Below are positions 12,553 through 25,837 of a stretch of 64,000 nucleotides of DNA, one piece after another. The position numbers and the translations under genes were made by a program. The notes below the pieces were generated by a model. The model worked only from the letters and a program-made list of their open reading frames with translations, made no database searches and was not told where the DNA came from. Positions within the stretch are counted from its first letter, which is position 1, and every line of letters begins with the position of its first letter. Origin of the DNA: Octopus sinensis (Eukaryota); NCBI RefSeq assembly GCF_006345805.1, contig NC_043001.1, positions 20,584,001 through 20,648,000 of the forward strand. The letters are read 5' to 3'.

Positions 12553-13829
12553 GTAAGTTTTAAAAAAAATTTTATAATAATAATAATGTGGCTAAGTAGC
12601 TTGTTTACAAACCACATGGTTCCGGGTTCAGTCCAACTGCGTGGCACCTTGGGCAAGTGTCTTCTACTATAACCTTGGGCCAACCAAAACCTTGTGAGTG
12701 GATTTGGTAGACAGAAACTGAAAGAAGCCCATCGTATATATGTATATATATATATATATATGCGTGTGTGTGTTTGTGTGTCTGTATTTGTCCCCCTAGC
12801 ATTGCTTGACAACCGATGCTGGTGTGTTTATGTCCCCGTTACTTAGCAGTTCAGCAAAAGAGACCGATAGAATAAGTACTGGGCTTACAAAAGAATAAGT
12901 CCCGGGGTCGAGTTGCTCGATTAAAGGTGGTGCTCCAGCATGGCCGCAGTCAAATGACTGAAACAAGTAAAAGAGTAATAATAATAATAATAATTGTGTT
13001 GATGAACTTACTGTATTCAGTTCTCAAGTGCAGCACAGCTATTCAGAAAAGGTAACCAAAAGTGCATGTGCAGTACATAGAATAATGCACACAAAGTAAA
13101 CAGTGAATGAGTCAGTTAGAAAAAAGTGGGGAGTACATCAGGTGTACTATTTGCAAATATCGGGAAGCATGGAAGATGTAGTGTCCTGAAAGCTAACAAC
13201 TGATGCAAGTAGTTTATTCCATGCTTCAGTAATTCTGAGTGCAAAAATGTTTCCAAAAGTCACGGGTGCTGTGTTGGTTTTTGATTTTGTAAGCATGTCC
13301 ACAGGTGTTTGACATATGGAATTCAAAAAGGTGCCCAAGGTTGTTGTTGGAAGGATAGTGGATAACCTTGTGGGTGTCTATCAAGTCAGTTTCTAGACAT
13401 CAGAGCTTTAATGAATGTGTCCATACCCAAGGAAGCAAGACATTAAGAGTATAGTAGATTCCTGATGTAGGTACTCATCTTGTTGCATGTATCTGAACAG
13501 TTTTCAGATATTCTAAGCAAGATAGGGTTTCAGACTGGTGATGCAAAGTGTGGACATACCATAGCCATATACAGCTTTAGATAATTAATTGGAGAGCAGC
13601 TGCCAAAGGTATTGCTGAGTGATGCTAAGACACCCTTGGCCTTCTTGACAATTTTAGAAATGTGATTTGTCATGAATCACAAATTGCTGTAGGCAATAAT
13701 GCCCAGTTCACATTCATTAGTAGACTACTTAAGATTGGTATTGCAAAAGGATTATGTAAAAGCTGGGTTGATAAATCTTGCTTTTTGTTTGGTAGATTTA
13801 AGATTCCGATATACCGAATATATTGTTTC

Positions 13830-14036
13830 AGTGGTTGTATACTGTCAACATAATGTGACAGTCCCGTATGGGAATTACACCACCGTTGTTTAGCCCTAGG
13901 AAGCATTGACGCTTCCTGTTGGCTTTGACACATTTCCTGTGTCCTTACAGGAAGCGTCGATGCTTCCTAGGGCTAAACAGTGGTGGTGTAATTTCCATAC
14001 GGGACAGTCACGTTATGATGACAGTATACAACCACT
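13830..14036. repeat. 207-bp foldback (90-bp arms, 27-bp spacer), probably a MITE
   Basis: 13830-13919 is the near-exact reverse complement of 13947-14036. No TSD recognised. Confidence 0.9.
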
Positions 14037-16073
14037 CTATCACTCCACTACCGCTCATGTCTCTTTGAGACATTTATAATAATAATAATGAAATTATTGT
14101 ATACAGTGCTCAGGTGCACCACAACTTGTCAGAAAGTGCATATAAAGTAAATGCAGTAATGTAGAAATGTCTGGGAAGTGAACAGTGTATGAGTCAGATA
14201 CATGCTTGTGTGTGTATGGAGGGGAGAAAATCAAGTGTAGTGTTGGCGAATCTCAGGAAGCATGGAAGTTTTGAAGGATGCAGTGCTCCGACAACTAACA
14301 ACTGATGCCGGCAGTTTGTTCCATGCTTCAGCAACTCTCAGCGTGAAAAAATGTTTCCTGAAGTCATGGGAGCTGTGCTGTTTTCTTACTTTGTAAATAT
14401 TTAGAAATTTAATATTTCTAATTGTTTCAGTGATTTCACATAAAACTATGGCACATATTTAAAGAACATTGCTAAAATCTTTTGAACTTCATGTTTGTTT
14501 TTATTGTTAACTTTTCTGCAAGTCTCCTAATACTATTGACGTTTCCTATTCGCAATATACAGAGTCCAATTTCTTTTTTTCTCTAAACACTTCCTGTCCA
14601 TCTAAGTGCTGACATAGTCATTAGTATATGTTTCTAGTTAGTCTAAGCTCATCTAATTAGGCAACTTTCTAGTTTAATTTCCATAAAATCTTGTTTGTAA
14701 CCCTAGAGAATACATCATACTTACAGAAAATATGCTGAAATTCTTTCTAGTTTTCCTTGTTGAATTCTAACCATATACATTCTCTCTTTTACTCTTTTAC
14801 TTGTTTCAGTCATTTGACTGCGGCCATGCTGGAGCACCACCTTTAGTCGAGCAAATCGACTCCGGGACTTATTATTTGTAAGCCCAGTACTTATTCTATC
14901 GGTCTCTTTTGCCGAACCGCTAAGTGACGGGGACGTAAACATACCAGCATCGGTTGTCAAGCAATGCTAGGGGGACAAACACAGACACACAAACATATAC
15001 ACACACACATACATATATATATATATACATATATACGATGGGCTTCTTTCAGTTTCTGTCTACCAAATCCACTCACAGGGCATTGGTCGGCCCGGGGCTA
15101 TAGCAGAAGACACTTGCCCAAGATGCCACGCAGTGGGACTGAACCCGGAACCATGTGGTTGGTTAGCAAGCTACTTACCACACAGCCACTCCTATTTCAC
15201 TTCACTTTTCATTCCTATGAAGTTTGTAAAATTAATATGGTTGAGTGTAATCAACTACACTCTACATGGTAGTGCTCCAACATGGCCACAGTCTGATTGT
15301 CTCTCTCATCTTCAACAATGTTATGAACTATTGTTTGTCTTGTTGGATTCTTATAACCAATGAAGCTATTGACCACAAAATATTCTTCATCAATATCATC
15401 GTCATCAATTTATGTCCATTTTGTCGTGTTAACATGGATGTATGAAACTTGTATTAATTGCAGTCTGCAACAGAAAAAACTGACTGTCTTTTCCTATAGT
15501 GTGAATTGAATGCACTTTATCATAGCTCTGACTCTAGAGAAGTTGTTCTCTGGAGGAAACTAAAGTGTCCCCTCTAACCAGTATTAGCTTTTATTCAGAG
15601 TTTCTACTCTCCTTAATAAGTAGCTTGAAATGTTGTTCATATATGTCCTAAGCTCTCTCTCTCACACACACACACACAAGCAGTGGTGGGGGACAAACAC
15701 AAACAGGCACATATATAATGTACATGACAGGCTTCTTTCAGTTTCCATCTACCAAATCCACTCATAAGACTTTAGCTGGCCCGAGACTATAGTAGAAAAT
15801 ATTTGCCCGAGGTGCTACCCAGTGGGACTGAATCAGGACCAACATGGCTGGGAGGCAGGCTTCTTACCACACAGCCATGCATGCACCTATCCATGCAGCG
15901 ATGCCTGTGTCTATGAATGTTAAAAAAAAAAATTAGAGCACTGCTTATATTTTATTGACATGTAAAAAATAGTATAAATTCTAAAATAATCTCTGATGTA
16001 CAAAGTTCATATTAACCCAGAGACATTGTATATTTTTCTCATTAAATTTTATAATTTCTCTTTCTGCCTTTAG

Positions 16074-16129
16074 ACTTGAAGAGTTAAATGACTTGTATAC
16101 GTCAATGAACTTTGCAGAAGCAACTGTAG
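16074..16129 (+). CDS. IKBKB/CHUK-like: IKK-like exon E8
   Basis: cctttag / gtaagt; 56 bp, phase 2-1: (I)LEELNDLYTSMNFAEATV resembles LEEQARELYRRL. Confidence 0.82.
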
Positions 16130-16183
16130 GTAAGTATGGAAGCATCCAATGTTATAAATAAATTTCAGAATTATTTTTTATAA

Positions 16184-18018
16184 CTAGCAGTATAGCCCGG
16201 GATTAAGTTAGGATTATTAAGCTGCTAATCAAGTGCTTTGTTTCAAACCAAACTAAGTAACACCGATGTCAGATTTGGGCAAAATCCATTGAAATTGGTA
16301 AACGTTTGGCTGAAAATGGGTTGCAGGCAATTTGATGGGGAAATGCCATAAGGAATCAGTTTATTGATTTTTCCACTCATCGATTATTTTTTTTTTTTTT
16401 GAGAACTTAAAGCATTCAAAGATCCCATGAGTCCTAAGTAACGGTGGCATAAAGTTTGAACAAAATACATCAAAATTGGTGAAAGTTATGGTTGAAAATG
16501 GGGTGTAGCCAATTTTAGTGAGAAATCCTATAAGGAATCAGTTTATCAATTTTTTCATCCTGATTGAATGGAAAACCCCATAAGGAATCAGTTTATTGAT
16601 TTTTCACCCCAAATAGGACTTAACCGAACACAACATTGCTGATTCAAAACATCTATATTTATACTTTAAAGTTGATTTTCACACCCAACCCAGTTCTGCA
16701 GAATCAGTGTTGTGACGGGAATGCATGGGCTTGGTGTTTGACCAGCAGAGGTGATCTGGTTGCACATGCTGGCCCTTTGAAACTGCCACCCCATCATCTA
16801 ACCCCCCTTGGCCCATGGGTTGGGAGCCCTTCCAGCAAGGAAAATAGAATGCCTAAAAGGGCTCCTGATCCTCTGTCTCAGAAGAGGTTATGTTCAGATC
16901 ACAACTAAGCCTTAACCTAAGCTAACCTAGCGAAAAGGGGTGCTATCAGTCAAAGCTGCATCAAAGATATGCATTGGAGAAAGTTGCATCAAAGGTTTGC
17001 ATGCTATTATATATATATATATATAAATGGAATTTGTATCTTTGTGGTACCAGTGCCGGTGGCACACAAGAAAATCATCCGAACGTGGCCGTAGCCAGTA
17101 CCGCATAGGCTGGCCTCCGTGCTTTGGGGACGTAACAAACACCATCCGATCGTGGCCGTCCGCCAGCCTCATCTGGCACCTGTGTCGGTGGCACATAAAA
17201 ACACCATCCGAGCGTGGCCGTCTGCCAGCCTCGTCTGGCACCTGTGTCGGTGGCACATAAAAACACCATCCGAGCGTGGCCGTTCGCCAGCCTCGTCTGG
17301 CACCTGTGTCGGTGGCACATAAAATCACCCACTACACTCTCGGAGTGGTTGGCGTTAGGAAGGGCATCCAGCTGTAGAAACACTGCCAGATCTGACTGGC
17401 CTGGTGCAGCCTTCGGGCTCCCCAGACCCCAGTTGAACCGTCCAACCCATGCTAGCATGGAAAGCGGACGCTAAATGATGATGATGATGATGATGAAACA
17501 CACACACACGCACACACAATATGTCACATTCTATATATATATATTTAATAAAGAACCATGTAATTCACACTCTAGAAAATTTATTTCTGTAAAATGTTGG
17601 GAGTGGGTAAAATTTCTGAGGCTTCCACCTCACCCTTACTCTCTCTCCCTCACACACACTTTCTCTTCACATTGTTTTTTTTTTTTGTTAGACCCTGTCA
17701 AACTCTTTTTCTCCCTCACATACACTTTCTCTTTACTTTTTTTTTGTTTTGTTAGATGCTGTCAAACTCCTTGTCTCTCCCTCTCACACACACACACATA
17801 CATTCACTTCCTTATGGCAAGAAGGGGATTTAACTCATGTTAGCAAACTTCAAAATTGGTAAAAGTTATGGTTGAAAATCGATTTTTACCACTGTCTGTG
17901 GGTGCCTCGGAAAAAATAAATTGACAAAAACCCAGCTAGGTTCATGACGAATGTCCTCCAAAAATTGGAGTGACGTGCATGCTAATTTGTGGACGTGCAT
18001 AAATTACATTCATGTACA

Positions 18019-18051
<33 letters not shown>

Positions 18052-18066
18052 CCTGCCTTTTATAGA
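16184..18066 (-). mobile_element. Composite non-autonomous Helitron-like element containing an RTE 3' UTR insertion
   Basis: On the minus strand A|TCTATA start at 18066 and a cccggg-containing CTAG|T end at 16184; internal short repeats; insertion at 17042-17494. Confidence 0.65.
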
Positions 18067-18467
18067 TTCTTGCTGAGACTAAGTCTGTTCTTTTGCAAAA
18101 TGGTGCTAATGTATGTACTGAAATAATTGCTGTTGCATATTATTTGCTAGCTCCATTATCCTTATCACTGTAGTAATGAGCCAGTGAAGGGACTTCTATG
18201 TAATTTTTCAACCTGCTAGAAACAGTAACCAAACACCCTCAAACGATACTCTACGATCTTAAGGAGAAAAGAAACGGAATCCTTGGTGGTTGATAATCAG
18301 GATTATAGTGTCTGAAAAAAGGCTTGATGGTCATAACAGGAATGTCTTTGATCATAAGTCTACTCTATCAGGGCACCAAGCTCATCATAATTACCCTCAT
18401 CACAAAGCAGAAAACCAATTCATTTGGTTTTAAGCAGCATAAAAAACAGTACAAGATTTTATTGCAA

Positions 18468-18835
18468 ACTTGCACTATAAACCCGGCGTTGCCGGGTCAT
18501 AGTGCTAGTGCATGCATATACAGCTGCGTGCATGCGCACATACACGCAAGTACTGTCCAAATCTCCGACCAATCACATACAGCTAGCTGGCATTCAATTG
18601 GCGTATCAAGTTTCGGGCATTTTGATTGGATTTTGGATAGAAAATTCACAAAAAAGTCACTTCTATTGATTTTTAATGGCTTTGCAGGGTGACTGGGGAA
18701 ATGTAAAGATGTGCATGACCACCCTTGGACGGTTTTGAATGACCATAGAAAGTGCAAGCCCTCTAACTGAAAAATTGTGGATTTGTATAAAGGACACACA
18801 CACAGACATTTTGCCATTTATATATATAGAGAGAT
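18468..18835 (-). mobile_element. Non-autonomous Helitron-like element, homologous to 51908-52277
   Basis: TCTCTCTATATATAT start, cactatgacccggcaacgccgggtttatagtg terminal hairpin. Confidence 0.72.
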
Positions 18836-19799
18836 AAACAACCATTTCCTCCACAAAAGCAAAATTTCACCAGCTCTTTAACACAAACTATGATTAAATC
18901 AACTATGGTTGAGCCTTGAAGAAAACAGCTGTTTTTTTTTTTTTTGTTACTCATTACTATCTTCAGATCAACTAAATAAACTAACATCTCATCATCTTAT
19001 CTGTAAAACAACAAATAACAAAAACATTGGTATTTTGAACCAAAATTCTGTTGAAACAGACACTACCAGAACTATATGGAAATATATTGGGATCACAAAA
19101 ATGATACTGAGTCAAGAAATGGAACTTTTAAATTGGGAAGCATACAGCACATGAACTTCTTCCATAACAAATTACTCTTTTACTCTTCTACTTGTTTCAG
19201 TCATTTGACTATGGCCATGCTGGAGCACCAGCTTTAGTTGAGAAAATCGACCCCAGGACTTATTCTTTGTAAGCCTAGTACTTATTCTATCGGTCTCTTT
19301 TGCCGAACTGCTAAGTTACGGGGGACGTAAACTCACCAGCGTTGGTTGTCCAGCGATGTTGGGGGGACAAACACAGACACACAAACATATACACACACAT
19401 ACATATATATACATATATAAAAATATATACGACGGGCTTCTTTCAGTTTCTGTCTACCTAATCCACTCACAAGGCTTTGGTCGGCCCGAGGCTATAGAAG
19501 AAGACACTTGCCCTATGTGCCATGCAGTGGCACTGAATCTGGAACCATGTGGTTGGTAAGCAAGCTACTTACTACACAGCCACTCCTACGCCTATGATTA
19601 TCAAAATTATCAAAAATTATCAAAAATTTAAAGAACAACATCCATGAAATAATAAGGTAGTCTTTAACAGAAACTGAGCCTCTTGATACCACTTTGTGTG
19701 AATATTTATTATATATGACAGAGAAGAAGAATATAATTTAGCGTTCATTTGACAAATAGAACAAAATGCAATGGGGAAAGCATTACCTTGTTTGGTAAC

Positions 19800-20262
19800 G
19801 ATCAATCGACTAGAATCCTTTGATCACCTCTGTCTACGCCGCATCCTTCATGTCTGATGGCATCACTTTGTCTCCAACAATTCGGTGCGACACCAGTGCA
19901 GAATCACCTCCTTCCGACAAGTCATCCTAATGAGATGTCTGCATTGGCTAGGTCATGCCCTCCACCATCAACCAAGAGAATTCATCTACAAAGCAATTGC
20001 CCCAGCTCCCCTTCAGGGTTGGCAAAAGCGATGTGGTGGACAACAAAAAACCTGGCTGATGACAGTCAAGGCTGATTTGGAACCCAACCTAGCCCCCCCC
20101 CCCATATCTGTGGCGTTTGCTGCTGGAATAGGGAGTGGTTGGAGATCACGCGGTCGTTAGCCTCAAATTGCCAGGCCTGGTCGGCATTTGTGAGAGATGC
20201 AGCATTGAGGATGAATGAAGCCAGCTCTACCCACCCCGGGTGAATGTTGTCTCAAGACAAGA
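19800..20262 (+). mobile_element. Second RTE-type LINE 3' fragment (decayed)
   Basis: RLESFDHLCLRRILHV*W...RCLHWLGHALH...WQKRCGGQQKTWLMTVKADL...AWSAFVRDA, with a stop and a frameshift; short caagaa-type tail. Confidence 0.75.
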
Positions 20263-21142
20263 AGATAAGTTTGGTAATGGTTGACAACAAGAATAGAATC
20301 CAGGCAGAGAAAATCTGCCACACAAAAAGTGCTATGGTTATGTTGTTAAGAAATTTACTTTTTACCCACATGCTTATGGGATCAGTTCCACTCTGCAGCA
20401 CCTTGAACAAGTGGATTTCAAAAAAAATAATAATAATAATGAAATTAATTGTATACAGTGCTCAGGTGCACCACAACTTGTCAGAAAGTGCATATAAAGT
20501 ACATGCAGTAATGTAGAAATGTCTGGAAAGCGAACAATGTATGAGTCAGATACATGCTTGTGTGTGTATGGAGGGGAGAAAATCAAGTGTAGTGTTGGCG
20601 AATCTCAGGAAGTATGGAAGTTTTGAAGGATGCAGTGCTCCGACAACTAACAACTGATGCCGGCAGTTTGTTCCATACTTCAGCAACTCTTAGCGTGAAA
20701 AAATGTTTCTGAAAGTCATGGGAGCTGTGCTGTTTTCTGACTTTGTAAACATGTCCATGGGTGTTAGACAGGTGGAGTTTGAAAAGGTGCTCAGAGTTAT
20801 TGTTTGTAAGATGGTTAATAATTTTATGGGTGTTTGCTAAGTCAGCTGCGAGACGTCGGAGTTTCAATGTGTCCATGCCCAGGGAAGTAAGGCATTCAGG
20901 ATATGGCAAATGCCTGATGGAGGGTTAAAAAGTTCCTCCTGTGTATATGTGTGTGTGAAAATGTTTGTCTCTCCCAGTCAGTGTTTGAACAAAGATGAAA
21001 CGAAAAGAATTTATTCCAGCTACAAACAGGATATCATATGTTGATTATAGGTTTAACTGTAGCAGCTTAATGTCAGTTACTAACTGCAACTATAATGGAA
21101 TCAACAGTAGATTAAGTTGTGCTTCCGTCACTAATCTTGAAA

Positions 21143-21536
21143 TCTATATATATAAAGCTGAAGTTGTCTGTCTGTGTGTGGCAGGTTTGATAGCCTTCAA
21201 CTAACACTATCTCCCCCGAGACCCTGTGGCACAAGTCAACCAAAATTGAGAGTATGATAGAAGAAGGCTTGCTCTTCATTCCGTAGAAGATAAAATTCAA
21301 ATCGGACCATGTTAAGACCAAAAATTATTTACATCAAAAAGGTGCTTTTTTTCTATGAAAATCCCTATTTTTTACAATTTTTTTACTGCTGTGTTGCCAT
21401 TTTTCAGTGTATTTCAACCAGAAAAATGTTCACTTAAAGAGAATAACAAGCTACATAATGCAAAATTTTTACTCTTTAAAAATTCCAATTCTAAAGGGTC
21501 GAAACAAACCGGAGCAATGCCGGGCAATACTGCTAG
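21143..21536 (+). mobile_element. Non-autonomous Helitron-like element
   Basis: A|TC start, subterminal hairpin, CTAG|T end. Close second copy at 56360-56760. Confidence 0.8.
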
Positions 21537-23660
21537 TTGAGAAATAAAAGAGATTAGAAAGCATAGCTAAACACTTGTTCTTGTTCCTCTATCAAACTTT
21601 AGTCTCTAATCACTTTGCATCAAGTCACTTCTGCTCTCCCTAATATACCCCTACCTCCCCTCATCCTGCCGACTTAGTCATGGGGTCTTTTTCCCTTTTC
21701 CATTCTTTTTCTGTCCTGCTACTCACTGATGCTGGTGACACAAAAAATGCACCCTGTACATATTAGGTAGGGCATCCAGCCATAAAAATTATGCCAAAGC
21801 TGGCACTGAAGCTAACTGGCTAACTGGATCTGGTCAAACCATCCAACCCTGCCAGTATGGAAAATGGATGCTAGATAACGTGGTAGCAGCCACCTTCCAC
21901 CGTCACCCAAATAAAGTTGTTAAAATTTGGGTTTCCTATTAGTTACCTGAAGAACTGTAAAGCAAGGAACTTAGAATAGCAGCCGAGTGAGTGTCCTTTA
22001 AATGTTTTGGTTTTTTTTTTTGTTGTTTTGCATCCAATCTTTAGATAATCTGGTTAATTTTATTGGAATAATTGTTTTTAGAATTGTGTGTACCCTTTAT
22101 TGCTAAACAAACATTCACCATGAATCAGAAGAAATGGGTAATGGTTTGTGTGGACAACAGTCAATAGGAGAATTCAATGAGTTCAATTGTTATACTCTCT
22201 TTTACTCGTTTCTGTCATTTGACTGTGGCCATGCTGGAGCACCGCACTGCCTTTAGTCGAGCAAATCAACCCCAGGACTTATTCTTTTGTAAGCCCAGTA
22301 CTTATTCTATCGGACTCTTTTGCCAAACCGCTAAGTTACGGTGACGCAAACACACTAGCATCGGTTGTCAAGCGATGCCGGGGGGACAAACATAGATGCA
22401 CAAACATATACACACATATATATATACATATATATACATATATACGATGGGCTTCTTTCAGTTTCCATCTACCAAATCCACTCACAAGACTTTGGTCGGC
22501 CCGAGGTTATAGTAAAAGACACTTGCCCAAGGTGCCATGCAGTGGGACTGAACCCGGAACCATGTGGTTGGTAAACAAGCTACTTACCACACAGCCACTC
22601 CTACGCCTATGAGGAATATAAAATCTAACAGTTCAGGATTTATGGTGCTTTGTCCCAGAGTGAAAAAGAAAGGGAAATGAAATAGCAAGTTGAACAGGTT
22701 TTTTTTTTATTTCAAACAACAGCCAGCAAAATTATCTGCCTTCTTTGGGAATTAACTACAATATCAGTAGTAAGATTTGATTTCTTCTTGCAGGAGTGGC
22801 TATGTGGTAAGTAGCTTGCTAACCAACCACATGGTTCTGGGTTCACTCCCACTGCGTGGCACCTTGGGAAAGTGTCTTCTACTATAACCTCGGGCCGACC
22901 AAAGCCTTGTGAGTGGATTTGGTAGGTGTAAACTGAAAGAAGCCCGTCGTATATATTTATATATGTGTTTGTGTGTCTGTGTTTGTCCCCCTAGCATTGC
23001 TTGACAACCGATGCTGGTGTGTTTATGTCCCCATTACTTAGCGATTCGGCAAAAGAGACCGATAGAATAAGTACTAGGCTTACAAAAGAATAAGTCCTGG
23101 GGTTGATTTGCTCGATTAAAGGCGTTGCTCCAGCAATACCACAGTCAAATGACTGAAACAAGTAAAAGAGTAAAAGAGAGCGTAACTCTCGTCTGTTTCC
23201 AAATAAATCAATATTCCCCCTTGATCTGATATGTTTTCCCAGGAAACTGGATAGAACTGATACTGCTTGTATGACGGTGACACTTGCTTACAACCGTCAC
23301 ATGCTGTCAAGACAAGGAGACACAAACACACACACACGTATAGATGACAGGCTTCTTTTGGTTTCTGTCCACCAAACCCACTCACAAGGGTTTGGTTGGT
23401 CTGGAGTTATAGTAGAAAACACTTGTCCAAGGTGCCACACAGTGGGACTGAACCTGAAACCTTATGGTTGGGAAGTTAACTACTTAACCACACAGTCACA
23501 CCTGCCTTTCATCCTTTCAAAATTGATATAATTGTCTGTTCCCACCCACTAATTTGTAGCCTTGTGATTTTACTTGGAATCTTTATTTTCGTTATTTTTC
23601 GGAAACCTTCCAAATTATCGTAATTTTTTCTAACACACCTTTATTTTCTTTATTTCTTAG

Positions 23661-23748
23661 ATACCGTACAAGAAGATGTAAAAGATTTAGTAGAAAATTG
23701 TATTACAGAATGGGAAGCTTTATTTGAAGAATGCCATTCTTATCGCAT
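23661..23748 (+). CDS. IKBKB/CHUK-like: IKK-like exon E9
   Basis: tttcttag / gtaagt; 88 bp, phase 1-2: (D)TVQEDVKDLVENCITEWEALFEECHSYR. Confidence 0.82.
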
Positions 23749-24006
23749 GTAAGTAGATTAAAGTAACATCTCAGTTGCAGAATTCCACTTGATTGATGTG
23801 TATATAATTATTTGATTCCACTTTGACTCAGTAAAACTGAAACGACGTGTCTATAAGTGACAAAAAAATTTTTGAAAAAAAAACTCAACAACTGTAGCCA
23901 TGGATACTAAATTATCTTTTTCTCTCAGCTCACAAAAATGGATAAACTTTTATGGCCTGGAGAGATGAGACGCTTGATGTTTCAACATGAAAGAACATTA
24001 AAAATA

Positions 24007-25667
24007 CAAGGGGAAGTCAAACATTATCTGCACTTTTCCCATAATGTATCTTTATTATTGTCACACTGACTTCTGCACGTGCACACTTATAGTTGGTACT
24101 ATTGTGGTGACGTGATCAAAATTTGAGCATGATCACGCCATTTTTCTTTCTGGGCTTTACAGTGAAAGCATGGTTGCTCCATTAGCAATGTGCACCAAAG
24201 CAAAACAAAGAGCAGTGATCTGATTTCTCTGGTGGGAAGGTGCTGAAATTCATTGGAGATGAAACATGGGTCCATCATTATGAGACAGAATCCAAAAGAC
24301 AGTATGGAGAGGAAATATCCGGGCTCACCAGCGACGAAGAAATTCAAGCCATAGTCTTCTGCATGAAAGGTGATGCTAACCCTTTTTTGGGGCTTACACT
24401 GGAAGACTACCTGGAAAAGGGGTGTACGATTAACAGTGCAAGATACAGTGCTTTGCTGGCCAACAAACTAAAGCCAACAATTCATACCAAACGCTGAAAC
24501 CTGTTGTTGAAGAAAGTTTTGTTGTTGCATGATAATGCATGCCCACACATGGCCACCCAGACCATTGAAACCATTAACCAATTGGGTTTTGAGGTGCTGG
24601 AATACCCTACCTGTAGCCCAGATCTCATCCCTTCTAACTATCATATATTTGGACTGTCTAAAGATGGTTTACAAGGTCATCGATTTCCTACAGATGAAGA
24701 GAACCATCCAAACGAAGAGAACCATCCGAACGTGAACGTTGCCAGCGCCGCCCCGACTGGCTTCCATGCTGGTGGCACGTAAAAAGCACCATCCGATCAT
24801 GGCCGTTGCCAGCCTTGCCTGACCTCCGTGCCGGTGGCATGTAAAAAGCACCATCCAATCGTGGCCGTTTGCCAGCCTCGTCTGGCACGTAAAAAGCACC
24901 CACTACACTCATGGAGTGGTTGGCGTTAGGAAGGGCATCCAGCCATAGAAACATTGCCAGATCAGTCTGGGCCTGGTGCAGCCTTCTGGCTTCCCAGACC
25001 CCAGTTGCACTGTCCAACCCATGCCAGCATGGAAAGCGGACGCTAAACGATGATGATGATGAAGATTTGAAGGAAGCTGTGCATAAATGGTTGCACGACC
25101 AACTGGAAACCTTCTTCTTGGAGGGAATATGCAAGCTTGTCAACCGCTGGACCAAGTGCATCGAAAAGGAAGGAGACTATATAGAAAAATGACATACTCT
25201 TACTCTTTACTCTTTTACTTGTTTCAGTCATTTGACTGCGGCCATGCTGGAGCACCGCCTTTAATCGAGCAACTCGACCCCGGCACTTATTCTTTTGTAA
25301 GCCCAGTACTTATTCTATCGGTCTCTTTTGCCGAACTGCTAAGTGACTGGGACATAAACACACCAGCATCAGTTGTCAAGCAATGCTAGGAGGACAAACA
25401 CAGACACACAAACACACACACATATATATATATATATACATATATACGACGGGCTTCTTTCAGTTTCCGTCTACCAAATCCACTCACAAGGCTTTGGTCG
25501 GCCCGAGGCTATAGTAGAAGACACTTACCCAAGGTGCCACGCAGTGGGACTGAACCCGGAACCATGCGGTTGGTAGACAAGCTACTTACCACACACTTGT
25601 TTATTCCTTGCTTTTGTGTAAATACATTGAAAAAACAAGAGTGCGTATAATTTTTGATTCTCACTTG
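24007..25667 (+). mobile_element. Internally deleted mariner (DD34D) transposon with both TIRs, interrupted by an RTE 3' UTR and a SINE
   Basis: TA flanks. Left TIR caaggggaagtcaaacattatctgcact is similar to the reverse complement of the right end. ATG at 24170; GDETWVHHY, LLHDNACPH, YPTCSPDLIPSNYHIF, RWTKCIEKEGDYIEK*. Confidence 0.9.
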
Positions 25668-25713
25668 TATTTTCCACATTTAAATTAACTTTTATTTTTA
25701 TTTTTTTTTTTAG

Positions 25714-25837
25714 TTCTTTGAATTCCTCTTGGGTATCATTTTTGAAAACAACAAGGCAACTTCAGGAAAAAAATAAGCGCATTGAATCTTTGCGTGAGGA
25801 GGAGATATCTTATTTCTGGAAATTAATAGAAGCTGTT
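25714..25837 (+). CDS. IKBKB/CHUK-like: IKK-like exon E10 (end of scaffold/dimerisation domain)
   Basis: Poly-T tag / gtaagt; 124 bp, phase 2-0: (I)SLNSSWVSFLKTTRQLQEKNKRIESLREEEISYFWKLIEAV resembles RLQEKRQKELWNLLKIA. Confidence 0.87.

Noticed and set aside
16905-16930. taaccct-like motif suggesting telomeric repeat
   Set aside because: Only two or three degenerate units inside a Helitron-like element; not a TTAGGG array.
17130-17320. Regular 58-bp palindromic repeats resembling a CRISPR array (also 63430-63895)
   Set aside because: No unique spacers and no cas genes; eukaryotic context; the repeats lie inside a LINE 3' UTR.
96-25837. TBK1/IKKepsilon as the identity of the gene
   Set aside because: The LFLLD...YPEQVQVIL segment, the E6 Trp and the E10 FWKL end align better with IKKalpha/beta by eye. 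Not formally excluded without a phylogeny.
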